A stretch of DNA of 64,000 bases from Eledone cirrhosa (lineage: Eukaryota). The notes beneath the pieces are model-generated. The model had not been told where the DNA came from and made no database searches. It worked only from the letters and a program-made list of their open reading frames with translations. Shown here one piece after another: positions 26,229 to 40,719 of the stretch. Each line of letters opens with the position of its first letter. The first letter of the stretch is position 1. The stretch is taken from the NCBI GenBank assembly GCA_964016885.1, contig CAXHJY010000913.1, positions 1 to 64,000 of the forward strand. Reading direction: 5' to 3'. The position numbers and the translations under genes are program-made.

Positions 26229-29200
26229 AATGTATAATGATGAATGAAAAGAACGTAGATTCGACAGAAGAGACATACAAAGTCACAACGTTGTACAGAC
26301 AAACTACGAAGAAAATATATGTAATGTTATTCACCAATCCACTTGTTTTTGTTATACATACAACATCTATCATAGCTAGAACATTCTAGAACGTTTGTAA
26401 ATACAAATATCGCAGACAACTCAACAGACATAATGTAAAGGTAGTGTATTGAAAATTTCAGCATCTCGACAGCTAACATCTATGAAATAAAAACAAGCTA
26501 ACCACCATTCTAATGCAAATACGGTACAAAACATCCATTTTTCAACGACTGATTATCATGGAGTTTTGTACTTGTTGCTTATATTTTAATATCCCCTGTG
26601 ACGCTCGAGGCTAACCACCTCTTCTTTTGTTAAATTATATATATATATATATATATAAGAGAGAGAGAGATTAATTTGAATATTTGAGTGTGTGTGTATT
26701 TGTATTGCATTACAACACTTTTCACAGATTGAATTTCTATTTCCTTGTTAGTTGTTTAAGTTTAGTTTGGAAGAGTAGCGTCCCTAAATCCATGTGTAAT
26801 AACGTTTCGAAGCTTTAGGTTCTCCATTTTCAGAACCGAAATGTTTATACAGTGGCGTATAGTTCACGTGTTGACCATTGGTCGTAAACTATCATGGGAA
26901 TGGTAGCGAATCAAGGACGGTTGATTTATAATTTCCCAATGGCTGAAGCATGGCTGTTTTAATAATTGGTTTCAAGAATGCGGTAGCTGTATGTTAGGTT
27001 TTATTTTATATTCTGATATTAGTAGAGCCATAATAATTGTTTACCTTCTTCTGTATGGAAATCTATATAGAATTGCAAAATTGTAGTTATCGTCCAATGA
27101 GACCTGATATATATATATATATATATATATGTGTATGTGTGTGTGTGTGTACTTCATGGAAATATGTTGTCATTGCTCTTGATTGTAAGTGCATAGTTAA
27201 ACAACAGGAACGTGTAGTGCTTGTGTGACTGATATTTCGGCCATGAATTTCGTAACGCTCATATTTGTAGTGAAACCAATAAATCACATTTGTCATTTGC
27301 AGCAGGTTCTGCGGTTTGCCAGTCTGTGGTTGCATGTTAATGTGAAGATTATATATATATATATATATATATACATACATGTGTGTGTAAGACTATTTTG
27401 GGGAAGCGTAACGTCATACAGAGCTAGACAGGATGAGTGAGGTAATTTGTTAAGAAGTCCCTGTGAGAACGACACGAGAAATGATATGATATTCGCTGTA
27501 AGGAAATGGCAGCTATCTAGTTAAGCAAGAGAGACCTATGTGTTTTGGGAGACCCATCGATCAGATACAATTATATGGCTGCGACATGAATGGCGAAAAT
27601 GATTTATAGGGTCCCTACTGCTAACTGGGATAATATGATGAGGTGACTGTGGAGCTGTTTTCAATGTGGTTTTAATGATTCTTTTCTTGTTGTTGTGGTT
27701 GGTGTTGGACTTACTGTTTTTGTTGTTCTTCTTCTTCGTGGTGGATTTACTTTACTACTGTTGTTGGTGGTGTTGTTGTTGTTGTTAGTGCTGGTATTAA
27801 TTATTCTGTTGTTAAGGTGGTGTTGCTGTTTTTGGTGGTCGTAGTGGTGTTGCTGTTGTTACTCTTGGTGCTGCTGTTGTTGTTGGTGTTGGTGCTGGTG
27901 GTGGTGGTGGTGGTAGTGTCAGTGTGTTACTGTTGTTTATGCTGGTATTGCAGTTGTGGTTGTTAGCAGTGGTGTTGCTATTGTCGCTGATGTTGCTATT
28001 ACTGTTGTTGTTGATATTACTATGTTGTTATCGATGGTGGAACTATTGCTGCTACTGTGGTTGTTGTTATTGTTGTTGGCTGTGTTTATGGTGGCGGTGT
28101 TGTTGGAGCTGCTATTGCAAATGTTGTTTATAGTGGCGCCATTGCTGGGATGTTGTTTTGTTGTTGGAGTTGGCGTTAGCTGTGTTTCTAGTCATAGTGA
28201 TGACGCCGGTGTGGTGTTGATAGGGGATGTTCTTAATATGCGATGTTGTCAATGTTGTTGATGGTTGTGGTGGTTTTGATGATGATGTTGTTGGTAATGG
28301 TGGTGGTAGTGGTCGTGGTGGTGAGGTTGATAGTGGGATTCTTAATATAATGTTGTGAACGGTGTCACCCTTGTTAGGCGCATTCATAACAGTTTTTAAG
28401 AAGTGAGGACCCGGTTTCGATCTCACTACCAGTTGCTTTGGCCAAGTGTCTTTACCATAGATTTAACTCAAATAAAGCTTTGTGAGGTAAATTGTGAAGG
28501 CGGAGACGGAAGCTGCGTAGAAGCTCGTTGGGTGTAATATACCAGCATTGTCACATATCACGTTGATCTTGTCTGATAATTAATTTAAGGGCACAGGTGT
28601 TTTGAGAAGACAAACGTTCAGTGGATCGGACTATTACATGCTCATCGTTGAAAACTGAAGGAAAATCTATCAGCACCGTAGTTGTGGTGTTAATAGTGGT
28701 AAATGTATTGTAAATGTCAACGATATTGGTGATGGCTTTGACGGTACTAATAGTATGGCTGCATATGGTGCTGCATCATGCTGCGCTCACTACGACTAAT
28801 AAATGAAACAGCGTTAATTAGCTTAGAGATACAATTACTAGGACAATATATATCTACACACAAAAGAGTCCATCCAAAATGGCAGAACTTGAATCCCAAA
28901 CCAGAATTAACAAGAACAAGCGAGATAGGTGTGGTAGAACGGAGGTCACAGCAATAAATTTATATGAATTAAAAGTGACAAAGGCGCTGTGTGGTTACTA
29001 ATAAATATTGTTTAGTAAACGTAAGAGAAACACAAACACAAGGACACACACACACACACACACATAAACAAACACACACATACACACACACACACACATA
29101 AACACACACACACATATATATAGTCACGTATTGATCCAATCATTCCGTGTGAAAATGGATAGACGGATCTGTTTTGAATCCCGTTGGATTGACCGTACCA

Positions 29201-30017
29201 GTAATTCTAAGGGTCAGGTTTGGTTCACACTAAATATTTACGTGAAATAAGTGTACATGCGTCTGTGGAATGTTAAGTAACTTTCACGTTATTTTTATGA
29301 GTAGACTGTTCCGGTGTGTTATAACAAGAAAATTCATCATCGAAACTGAAGCAGGTTCATACAATTTGCATTTAATTTTGGCTCGCATTTTGGAATGCAA
29401 ACGTTATTTTCATCGTTTTCTTAAAGACTTTAAACAATAATTTTCTCATAGTTTTCTAAAGCTCAATGTTCCAAGATTGATACCGCATCAGTAACATAGC
29501 CATGTATTTAAATAAATGTAGTAATTAATCTAAACCAATAAAGCGATAATTCTACGTGAAATATTTCTCATTAGTTCCGCATTGATGTTTCTTTAATATT
29601 GGTAACATCTGCTAGGCAGATTTGCACAATATTATGTCTGGTTACATGTATTGTTATATTTTACTACGGTTTTGACACGAACATCCTACTCGTATTTTTT
29701 TTCTTCATATTGATACTAATTCTACGGATTACATTGTGTAACGTTTTGTCCACCATATCATGCCTCATAGGCTAATAGTATAATAATGACATTTTCAGAC
29801 TTATGATATGGTTGGTGATTTTTGTGTTGTTGTTTCTACACACTCTGCATCACGATAGGTTTTTTTCAAAACGTCTTCAACAAATAAGTAGCAGCGCAAA
29901 CTGCATTCGAAGAATTAGTCGATACGCCGGTTCCAGAGTTCTATGCCACCATAATAGTTTTGTTCCTCGTTAGCAAGAGTATGCTGTTTCTGCTGGTTAT
30001 TATTACAAGGCAGTGAG

Positions 30018-30430
30018 GGCGGAGGATTGGCAGTATCGGTAGAGGGTCGGACGCCATGCTTTGCCGCATAGAGTTACGGCCCTTTATGATCTGAGTTCAA
30101 ATCCCGCCGAGGTTAACTTTGCCTTTCATCCTTACGGGGTCGATAAAGTACCAGTCACGCACTGGGGTCGTTTCATTGACTTTTCCTCCTCCCCCAAATT
30201 GCTGACCTTGTGCCTACATAAGAACCATTATTACAAGGTGGTGGATTGGCAGTATCGGTAGAGGGTCGGACGCCATGCTTTGCAGCAAAGAGTTACGGCC
30301 CTTTATGGTCTGAGTTCAAATCCCGCCAAGGTTAACTTTGCCTTTCATTCTTACGGAGTCGATAAACTAAAGTACCAGTAATGTGCTGGTGATTTGCTGG
30401 CCTTGTGCCAAAAGTAGAAACAATTATTAC
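30018..30430 (+). mobile_element. Two tandem SINE copies
   Basis: Heads at about 30025 and 30243. The first copy has a different (older-type) tail. Confidence 0.9.
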
Positions 30431-32041
30431 AATGAATAATCTCTTTTAGCTGCGATATATTTTAAAATGGACAATTAAAACCGCAATTAGTTTCACATCA
30501 ACTTGATGAATATATTTATGTATGTAGGTAGCTTTATATACATTCACACACACAGATCCCCCCCCCCCTATATATATATATATGATTTTCCACCTTTCTT
30601 CTCTATCTGTCGATCGCTCTGTTAATATATATACGTACATACATCTTAAGAAAAACCATCAGTGAATCAAAGTGTTTGGCAACATAAAAGTGTGCCTTTC
30701 CCTTGCTCTCATTTCTCCGATAACTAGGTTTTGGGATTTGCATGGTTCATTTTCAACAGCAACGATATTTGTGTATTATATTGTCTAAATTGTTTGTGAT
30801 TCGCTGTTGTTAATAAGATAATATATAGCACTTCGACAAAAATGCTGAATAAAATAAGTGCCAGAACTGAAAAAAAATATGTACTGGAGTCGATGCGATC
30901 GACTAAATCAAAGCAGTACTCAAGCATGGTCGCAGTATACTAACTAATATGTACTAACTTATATATATATATATAATGTTGTCAAACCCAATATTTTAAG
31001 GTCTTATTGTTCCTTCATGCTTGTCATGAGTTGTGTCGTAGCAATGATAAATGAATACAATGACACAGCAAAACGATACCAGTAATATGATTAAAACAAA
31101 AAATAATGTTATATATACGACACACGTTGTTTATGGTAATATCGTGCCTTAGGCGTTAAATACAGAAAGGACCACACAGCTTGCGCTTATATACCTCCTC
31201 CTCTACGAAGCATTCACGTCGTCACCAAATTTTTCCAACCAGCTCCCTCCCCAATATGTTTTTTACCAAATTTTACACAACTACTCTCATCACCGCCACC
31301 ACAAAATTCCACACTCCCGTCGAACGTTATCACCGCTCCCACCGCCGTCATTAATATAAACATACCTCTTTCCCCCACACACTACGCACACATTCTTTTA
31401 GCTACGGCGGCTATCATCGGTCTCTTCTTACCATCTGCGTGGGTGGGTGCATCACGGCTCTAATTTACATCTATACCGCATAGATTTCATACCACCATCA
31501 CTGTCATCACCAACAACGGAATCACCGCCACCACTATTACTACGTCTACCAACAACCACAACAAACCACTAATGCCTGCACACCTACCAGCACCACCATC
31601 AACAACATCGTCACCACAGCCACCACCACCATCGTTGCTGTCGCTGCCACCACCACCACCACTACAACTAAATGCTGTAATTTACATCTTTACTGCAGAC
31701 ATATCGTGCTACATGTATTTCTGAAAGAATTTAAACGACGACTACAACAAAACCAACAATTCAAAATGAAAGCAAAAATTATAGAAAACAAAAATAATTG
31801 GAAACATGAAAAAGGAAGTGATAATTTGATTCGTCCATGTTAGTTTTATATCCAGCTGTTACGGTGAAACTGTCATGGCGTAGTGAGATTCTGTCTCGTT
31901 TCCTCAAATAAAACATATTTATGGTAATGCCATTCTTCATATATGTATAACGCATACACACACACACACACATATATATATAGATCATATTATAATATTA
32001 TAATACCATATCTTTTGTTAAAGACGTATATACACATACAT

Positions 32042-32133
<92 letters not shown>

Positions 32134-32188
32134 TCGAATAAAAAAAAAAGCGAAGTAGTTTCAGATGTTAAAGTCCTTTAATGATAAT

Positions 32189-32271
32189 GCTGTGATACAT
32201 ATTTCAATGTTTCAATGACGACAGTGCTCACCCGCTTCGGTGTGCCCAGTGCCGTGACATCGTCAGACAGC
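32189..32271 (-). ncRNA. Type I hammerhead ribozyme, intact core
   Basis: Minus strand reads GCUGU-CUGACGA-[extended stem II]-GAAA-UAUGUA-UC-ACAGC. Stem I is GCUGU/ACAGC and the cleavage triplet is AUC. Confidence 0.8.
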
Positions 32272-33147
32272 TTCTTACATAAGAAGGTTATGTTTCCGAG
32301 GCAATCAAAATTGAATCGACATGGGAACGGACAAAGCGTGTGCTCTTGAATTCTTCGCCTGTTCCCTTGTGAGTCCCAATTCACCCCCACCGGTCTGCGC
32401 AGGCGCAAGTCCGAATGAAGTTGACCATTAACTACCCCAAAGTTCTACGAAAACTCGCCTAGGCAGGTCCCGCTGTCATCCAAACAATCACCCCATCCAG
32501 GTCTGTAATATGACACGGTTATAGTTTACTGCAAGACACCCTGCCAGTGGCATTTGGCCGAAAGCTAGTGGGGGTGGGAGAGTATGAGTTTCAATATGTC
32601 TCAATACTACTCCTAAATTAAGCATGGACAGTAGGATTGACCATCACCCGCTAAGAGAATATATACTTATTTCTAGATATTATGGAAAATTATGATTGAG
32701 ACATAGAAATTAGAACTAAAAATTAAAAATCAAAAATTAAAAACATTACAAGTTAAAATCTTGATTGAAGTAAGTAAAAAAAAATATATGTACATATAAT
32801 AACTAATAAATAGGGAGATGTTTAAATTATAGTAAGAAGGATCAATATTACAGATATATTATCCATATATTGAACGATAGTACCGTACAGTAGAACGGGC
32901 GGGTGGGGGGTGGGGTGTAAATTACAGTATGAAACGTACGAGTTAGGCTAATACATAGTTAATATCTCTATCACATGAATCAAAACAAATAATACAAAAT
33001 ATAAAATACACAAAAAATACAAAAAATACATAGATGCGAAATGAGAGGAGATATATATGAGAAACATATACGAGGAAGGTAAACTATGGAAATGAGGGTA
33101 TAAATGGTTAAGATGATTGTCAATTTTGTCCATTTAAATTGCATATA

Positions 33148-33179
<32 letters not shown>

Positions 33180-33226
33180 GCATTCACATGCACATATTTA
33201 TATATATATATATACACACACACCCG

Positions 33227-33280
<54 letters not shown>

Positions 33281-33282
33281 TG

Positions 33283-33313
<31 letters not shown>

Positions 33314-34254
33314 ATAAATATTCTCAGGGAGTTTCGTCGCGACGGATGATTGTTTAAATCACATATACAACTCAGTTTTGCAAACAGATGAATTAACGTG
33401 CCTTGCTCACAAACACAATATGCGGTCATGAATGGATCTCACGACTTCATGACCGGACCTTAAACCCTGAGGTCCCTGAAACGCACGTCTTCAAGATGCA
33501 CACACACACATACACACACACATATGAGAGGGAGAGAGAGAGATGGCAATAATCTTCAAGTCACTGCCACCATTCTCTTCAGAAAATAAACATTATAGCT
33601 CACATCATACCTTAATGTTTGAAATCTCTCTACACCTTTGTACATAAAATACCCACTTTACTTTATATATATATATATAAAGTATATGTGGGTGGGTCTG
33701 CTATTTATGTGTGTATTATAGGTGCATGTATATCGATAGGGTCATCCTCGTACTTACACCACAGGATAGAAAGCGCTCGAGAGGTAAATTTTAGTATCTT
33801 GTTGCTGGCAAATTCACTCTAGAAAAGTTGTACTTGTCGTAACTTTTCATTTTTCTATGAATGATTACCGTATAACAAAAAGATAATTTATTCAATCACA
33901 ATGATTACGCATAATGCTCCTTTATTTTCAAGGTATGAACAAGACCGTTTAGTTGTTGTTTAACTCCAGGTCAACTCTGATCGAGTAGACCTATGACCCT
34001 CAGAGTTTTCCAGTTGTCACACAATCTCATTTTTATGTTTTAAAGGTAGAGATCACTACATTATTTAACGTGTTATTTTAGTATTTAAGGCGGCAAGGGG
34101 AGATTTAGGAAATATTTGATTGATATTTCTATAATGTCGAGCACCAAGTTTGCGGACACTTCGTTTTGTAGCCGAGTATTTATATAGAAATATACACAGG
34201 TGCATACATTCATACGTATACACATTCTCAAACACATGCCTAAATGTGTGTGTG

Positions 34255-34311
<57 letters not shown>

Positions 34312-36002
34312 GTGTGTGTGTGTATTGAAATCCCGATGTAAATCGGGAGGCGACTGCTTTTAAAAAAAGGTACTCAATACGCTAGTAGAATTTTGGCATA
34401 TTCAGTCTATTAGAGAAATTACTTCGATGTGAAATCTTACGAATGAAACAGATCTAGTCCTGTAGATGTCATTTATATAATAAAATGAACACACACACAA
34501 AGGCAGGGGTATGAGATAGACATAAACACAGATACGTATCGAAAATGGTCGATGTACATGGGTATAAGTATGACTATGTAATGTGTATGTAGCATACGGT
34601 GGCGAGCGAAAATTTGAAAAATTGAATTAGAAGCTTTTCGCTGTATTATAGTATTACAGAAAATAGTCTAATAACAGGTCACATAAGCCCCCACAACGGA
34701 AAAAAAAGGGGCATCAGTTTTCACAGAAGGTAATCACTTTAACTTGTATAAATGAAATAGGAAAGAATTCAACAATTCGGCCGGTGGTCGTTTGTAAAGA
34801 AGAAGAAAAAATATTTCCGGTGGTGCAGAGTTTCAAGTTGAAAACTGGATATAAATAACATGACTGGCGTAAAAATTTAGAAGTGGATAATATTTTTTGA
34901 TTCGAAAAAACGTTTTTAAATTGAGGTGATAATGTGTGATCTCCATGTTGGATGTCTCAAACACGCAGCTATTCAGAAATCAGATTACACATTGAGAGAA
35001 GTAAAAGTAGTCTTCTGTTCTTAGTATTATTCTATGTTGCACTTTTAAACGGATTTTTGTCCACTTCTGTTTCACTGAGAAGTCAGCAGCGAGGCCCGTA
35101 ATGTAGTAATAAATTCACACAAATCTATTTAAATGTACAGCAGTTAGTGGTTCTTTTCGACACTAATTATATTTTGATGTATATGGTGTAATATAACAAG
35201 TAATGATGCTCTCTATAACTCTGTGTGTGTGTGTGTGTGTGTATGCCTAGGACGGTTGGAGGGCCACTGATGAAGGACTTACTTTTTCATATGTAACCCA
35301 TTTGCAACGCCGCAGCTCCATTATTATCATATTTACATATATATATATATACAGGGGTGGTGGAACTGGGGGGGGGGGGGGGCATGGACCCCGCAATAAT
35401 TATATTTTTCTCCCCAAACTACCAAAACATACATCTATTTGTATATGCGCTACAATTTATGTACGTGTTATGTAGCGACAGATGGAAGAGATAGATAGAG
35501 AGGGGGAGGGTTTGGTGGTAATTGATATAGAGAGGATGGTTGGGAGAGTGTGTTGTATATTAGATATAGAGAGTGGGGGAGATTAATGTTTATTGATATA
35601 GAGAGAAGAATTTGAAGAAGATATAGAGATGGGGAGAGTTTGGTATTAATTGATATATAGAGGGGGGATTGGGAGAGATAAGTGTTGATATTTATAAAGA
35701 GTGAGAGAATGTATTAATCTTAGATATAAAGAGTGTGATAAGAGAGGCTATGTCGTGGTTGATATAGAGAGGGGTAGAATTTGGTTTTACTAGATACAGA
35801 GAGGGGGATTAAAAGAGAGTTTTGTCTGATAGACATAGTGCGCGGAGGGGGAGTTTGGTAGCACTGTTGGGTCCCAAATGATAGGAGAGTGGCAATAATG
35901 GGAGGGGAGGGGCTTGGGAAATCAATAACTGTATAATGTACGTTCGTAAATATGGGATTAATTGTCATATATGTTTTTTTAATGTAAAATAACATTATTA
36001 TT

Positions 36003-36293
36003 AGTAACTTTGCCTTTCATCCTTACGGGGTCGATAAAATAAAGTACCAGTAATACACTGGGTATTTGCTGGCCTTGTGCCAAAAGTAGAAACAATTATT
36101 ATTAGTTTGGATTGGCAGTATCGGTAGAGGGTCGGACGCCATGCTTTGACGCAAAAAGTTACGGCCCTTTATGATCTGAGTTCAAATCCTACTGAGGTTA
36201 ACTTTGCCTTTCATCCTTACGAGGTCGATAAAATAAAGTACCAGTAATACACTGATATAATTGCTGGCCTTGTGCCAAAAGTAGAAACACTTA
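36003..36293 (+). mobile_element. Truncated plus full SINE in tandem
   Basis: Same family as 481-670. Confidence 0.9.
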
Positions 36294-36584
36294 TGAGTAT
36301 CTCGACCTGCTGTATCAATATAAATCCCTTACAATAAAGTTTCGCCGGAGATCGATTAGCAAAATTGAATTAGTGGGTGGAATAAAAACCGGGTGTGGGT
36401 GTCTGACAAATTAATAAGCGAGGGTGGGGACGATTATTCAAAACCTGAGAGTATGTGAATTATTGACGGACGTAAGAATGAATACCGAAATAGTGTGTGT
36501 GCGGAAATGTAGTACGTGATACAGGGGAAGAATCGACTTATCGGACTGGTGCTTTATATATCGATATCTAAATGCTGAAAGGCA

Positions 36585-37035
36585 AGTGTATGGCTTGGAC
36601 GCCGCAGGCTTCCCTTCCCAGCTCGAGTCGGTGGGGCTGGACTGAGGGGACGGACGGCAAAAGGCCAGATGGCATGACCATCTTCCCGTTCCGCGGTCTG
36701 TAAACCCCTCCTCTGGGATGCCACCTGTACCGACACTTTCTGTAGCCGCAACCTGGTGCAGTCTGTGATTAACCCGGGTTCTGCTGCACGTCCGGCTGAG
36801 GAAGTTAAATTCCTCAAATACCCGTCGCTTTCCGACAGGTTTGCGGTTGCACCCCTGGCAGTGGAGACTTCTGGTGTCCTTGGCCCGAGGGCTACCTCCT
36901 TACTCACCACCATAGGCGCTGAGCTGGCTAGCCGCACGTGTGAGCCCCACGAGTTGGAGTGGCTTTTCCAGCGCATCTCCCTTGCTGTCCTCCGGGGAAA
37001 CGCCTTCTCCATTCTGACCGCCGGGGCTGTGGTGG
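36585..37035 (+). mobile_element. 3' fragment of an RLE-type (CRE-like) non-LTR retrotransposon: restriction-like endonuclease domain
   Basis: Frameshifted GLDAAGFPSQLE..GKRPDGMTIFPF..LLWDATCTDTF..AEEVKFLKY..PLAVETSGVLG..LFQRISLAVLRGNA. Confidence 0.85.
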
Positions 37036-38802
37036 GGCCCCATCGCGTATCATTCCATATTTAGTTGTGGTCGGTGTGTGCGTGTGTTCGTATATATTGC
37101 TTTTGTTTACATTCTGCATCATGTCATTCTTCATGGTTTTTCTCTAGTTTAATTTGTGGCACAGTAAGCTGAAATAAAAACTGCGAAGTATTTCATCCGA
37201 CGCTCTAACAACTCTTCTAACTCGCCGCTTATATCAAGCGAAAGTATGCGCATGTAAATATTTGAGCTCCAACCAATGAATCTAACATATGAAAGGTTCT
37301 AATGTTGCAGGTAGGAGCATACTACTCATAAAGCTATTACAGCATAGTTGGATACCGACAGAGCAGAATCTACCCCACGTAGTCATGCACTCCTTCGAAC
37401 AGTTTAATGGGGGGTATCATTTCAAAATAGTTCTACAGCCGTCATTACCCATTAGTATCATAACCTTCAAGCAGACTAGGAAACATCTGCGTCGTCACTT
37501 AACCTAACATGTTAGAAACAGCAGCTAAATCTACACCAATTCACTCACAAGTTTTACTTTGTTTGGCACCAGCCGGCGTGTATATGCCTTTCGGTTTATT
37601 ATGCAAAACAACTCACTTTAAATTATTCATATTTATATTAAGACCTATATAGGATGTTTCCTAAGTAATGTTCCAAACAGCAGTTTAATAAAGGAAGTGC
37701 TAGTTATATTACTAAATTCTTCCATAATTTTATATAAGAACTTTTTGTTCCAAATACCATTTTAGTAATGAAAACGCCCCACCCCCTCCTCAGATTGCTG
37801 ACCTTGTGCCCAAAATAGAGAGAAACTCAAAAACAATTTACTATCTAGAGACACGAAGGCTGGGAGGTTAGTAGAATGATGATAGTGTCGGAAGAAATGT
37901 CTTGCAGTGTTTGTGATATTTTATATTTTCCTTGAGCTAAAATTTGTTTTTTATCCCCTTATTGAGTTGATAAAATATATTACCAATCAAATACTGGCGT
38001 CGTTCTAATCAACTTCCTCTTCCCTTTCAATTTTGAGGTTTGGTGTTTTTTTTTAATATTACGTTGTATATCGCGTGACTCTCTTTTCCCGAGCCTTACG
38101 TAGACTAAGATATTTTACTTGTAATTCAAATGTACACGTAGTGTTTGTGGAATATTCAGCCACGTCGACATTATTTTAATGAAAAAATAAAGTACCAGTA
38201 ATACACTGCGTTATTTTCTGGCCTTGTGCCAAAAGTAGAAACAAGTATTTTAATGAATCGGATGTTTAGTTGATTTAACAAATAATCATCAATCGTCGAA
38301 AGAGATGGAAGATCTTACAAACATGTTTGTAAACATTCTTTCAAACAACGAAGATTTATAACTGAAGTTTGTAGGAACAAATGTATATTTAAAAGATGTA
38401 TGTTTATAAAAATTGTAATTTTAATCTTGTCTATGTATATTGTGTAATAGAATGGGAATCTGTTGGAACATGAATTATAAATAAATGTTATAATACAGAT
38501 ATAGGATAAACGAAAAGCAGTCAACTAGATCAGCGCTTAGTTATTTATCGCCCTAAGTTTGTTCTACAACATGCGCCGCATTCTCCCAAATAAAATAATC
38601 ACCACTTACAAATTTGACAAGCAGACAATTCTATTTTTGACATCTTTATCTTACCAAAATAATAAAATTACTAACGACATTCACCAAGACGAATGACATG
38701 TGACAAGTCATACCATCATACGGCCCTTTTCGCCATTTTGGATCATCGCACGACTTGACTACGTGACAAAGATGTTTATTGACTGCAGTAATGATACTAT
38801 TT

Positions 38803-38984
38803 GTAGAATCGTTAGAGCGTCTGACGCCATACTTTGCAGCATGGAGTTACGGCCCTTTCCATTCTGAGTTCAAATCCCGCCGAGGTTAACTTTGCCTTTC
38901 ATCCTTACGGGGTCGATAAAATAAAGTACCAGTAATGCACTGGGTAATTGCTGGCCTTGTGCCTAAAGTAGAAACAATTATTAG
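38803..38984 (+). mobile_element. tRNA-derived SINE
   Basis: Same family as 481-670. Confidence 0.9.
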
Positions 38985-39189
38985 TGATGGTGCGTTGCTT
39001 AGATGCCAGAGAATTGGATTTGCAATCGTCAGGCTGTGTAGACACGTAACTTCTGCAGGACTTGTAAGACTGTCGAAAAGACAAACATGTCATGGTCATT
39101 TTTAAATCATGATGCCTGTCACTCTAATCTCCATGTCTAAACACAGTCAATTTCTTCTTCTTCTTCTTCTCCTTCTTCGAAAGAGAAGG

Positions 39190-39885
39190 GAAGAATTGAC
39201 CCCAGTACTGAACTGGTACTTTTTTGTTATCAATCTCGAATGGAAGAAAGGCAAAGTTGACTTCAGCTCGATTTGAACATAGAATGCAGAAAGGGGGAAC
39301 GAACAGCGCAAGGCAGTCACCGATGACTCTACCAATTCGCTGCCTAGTATAACAGAATAAGTAATGATATTATTGATATATAAGGATAAGGTTCAGCTTT
39401 TTCTCTTTCCCGATGACGTAATTTCTCTTTAACCCGTTTATAACACTTCTACCACAGAACACGACATGAAACATTAATCACAATTGTAGAAAAGATATTT
39501 ATTAACTGACAGTTTTCTTGCAAGATAGTTTCTAAGAGGGATGTAAATATCAGTGAATTAACAACCTCTACTTGCTTTAAATAATAATTTCTAACTTAAG
39601 CAGAATACCAGCAAATTGTGGGGAGGGGGAAATCGATTATATCGGCTCAATAATTTACTGCTACTTGTTTTAAATAATTGTTTCTGATTTCGGCATAATA
39701 ACAGTCATTTATGGGGAGGGGAAAGTCGATTAAATCTACCCCCAGTACGTTACTTGTACTTTATTTTTACGATCTTATTAGGATGCACGACAAAGTTAAC
39801 CTCGGCGAGATTGGAATTCTGAACGTAAAAGGACCTACCTATATGCCACAAAGCATATTTTCCAAGGCTCTACCGATACTAACTT
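39190..39885 (-). mobile_element. Older diverged SINE copies (about 39190-39350 and 39590-39885)
   Basis: Degenerate GGCAAAGTTGAC...GATTTGAAC motifs. Confidence 0.65.
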
Positions 39886-40440
39886 ATTAGTATCAACTTC
39901 TTATTTTAATTGCGGATGCCTAGGGGTGCCGTATTAATATACGCGTGACTATGTCTCATAACTCATAACTCACACAAACATTCTTATGCGACATTATGTG
40001 GGTGGCGAACTGCAACGTAGTTAGGGCGTTACACAACTCATACTATATTTGGGATGAGTGAATCGGCAGTTTGTCCTTGTTTTCTCATGTTAGGTCCCGT
40101 TCACAAAAGAAAATGAAAGAAAAACAAGATTACTTGAGCTTTCTTTTTCCTCGGGTCTTTGTTCCTCATAATTCTAATTTTCTTTTATTTTACTTCTGAC
40201 CACCGGCCAGCATCTGCTTGATCACTTGTTTCTTTCTTTGAGGTATTTTAAGGGGCTCTTCGTATTACCATTGCACTTGTTTTATTTGGCTCGCCTCCTT
40301 TGTGCCCTATATATAAAAAAAAATATATATATATATATATTTTTTTTTTTTTAGTATATGCTGGTTGTTACCGACACCTCAGTATGCAGATGGAGCACTC
40401 GACGAAGTGCGCAGGTTGGTTCGGTTACTCAGGAGTAATG

Positions 40441-40682
40441 TAAAATCAAATAAATAAGTCAAATATTTAAAATTTGGCTTCGTTTATTACTGCTATATAT
40501 ATTTCGGTGGCAGCCATCTTTGGATGTGACCTCTACAGGCAGTCCGAATTGGTGTGGTAGAGACGTCTCTACCACATAATTTCGGACTGCCTGTAGAGGT
40601 CACATCCAAAGATGGCTGTCACCGAAATATATATAGCAGTAATAAACGAAGCCAAATTTTAAATATTTGACTTATTTATTTG

Positions 40683-40689
<7 letters not shown>
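40441..40689. mobile_element. About 250-bp near-perfect palindrome with two opposed HHR-like motifs, ending at (TA)n
   Basis: The arms mirror around the spacerless centre GGTAGAGACGTCTCTACC (40556-40573). Confidence 0.8.
40586..40640 (+). ncRNA. Hammerhead-like motif with variant core (CUGUAGA); same family as 25798-25843
   Basis: Reads ACUGC-CUGUAGA-GGUCACAUCCAAAGAUGGCUGUCACC-GAAA-UAUAUA-UA-GCAGU. A mirror copy lies at 40489-40543 on the minus strand. Confidence 0.65.

Positions 40690-40719
<30 letters not shown>

Noticed and set aside
26795-26840. HHR-like CTGAAAA...CGAAACGTT on the minus strand
   Set aside because: Core G8 is lost and stem I is not supported.
34780-35010. Possible Tc1-like transposase relic
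   Set aside because: It is too degenerate to support by eye.
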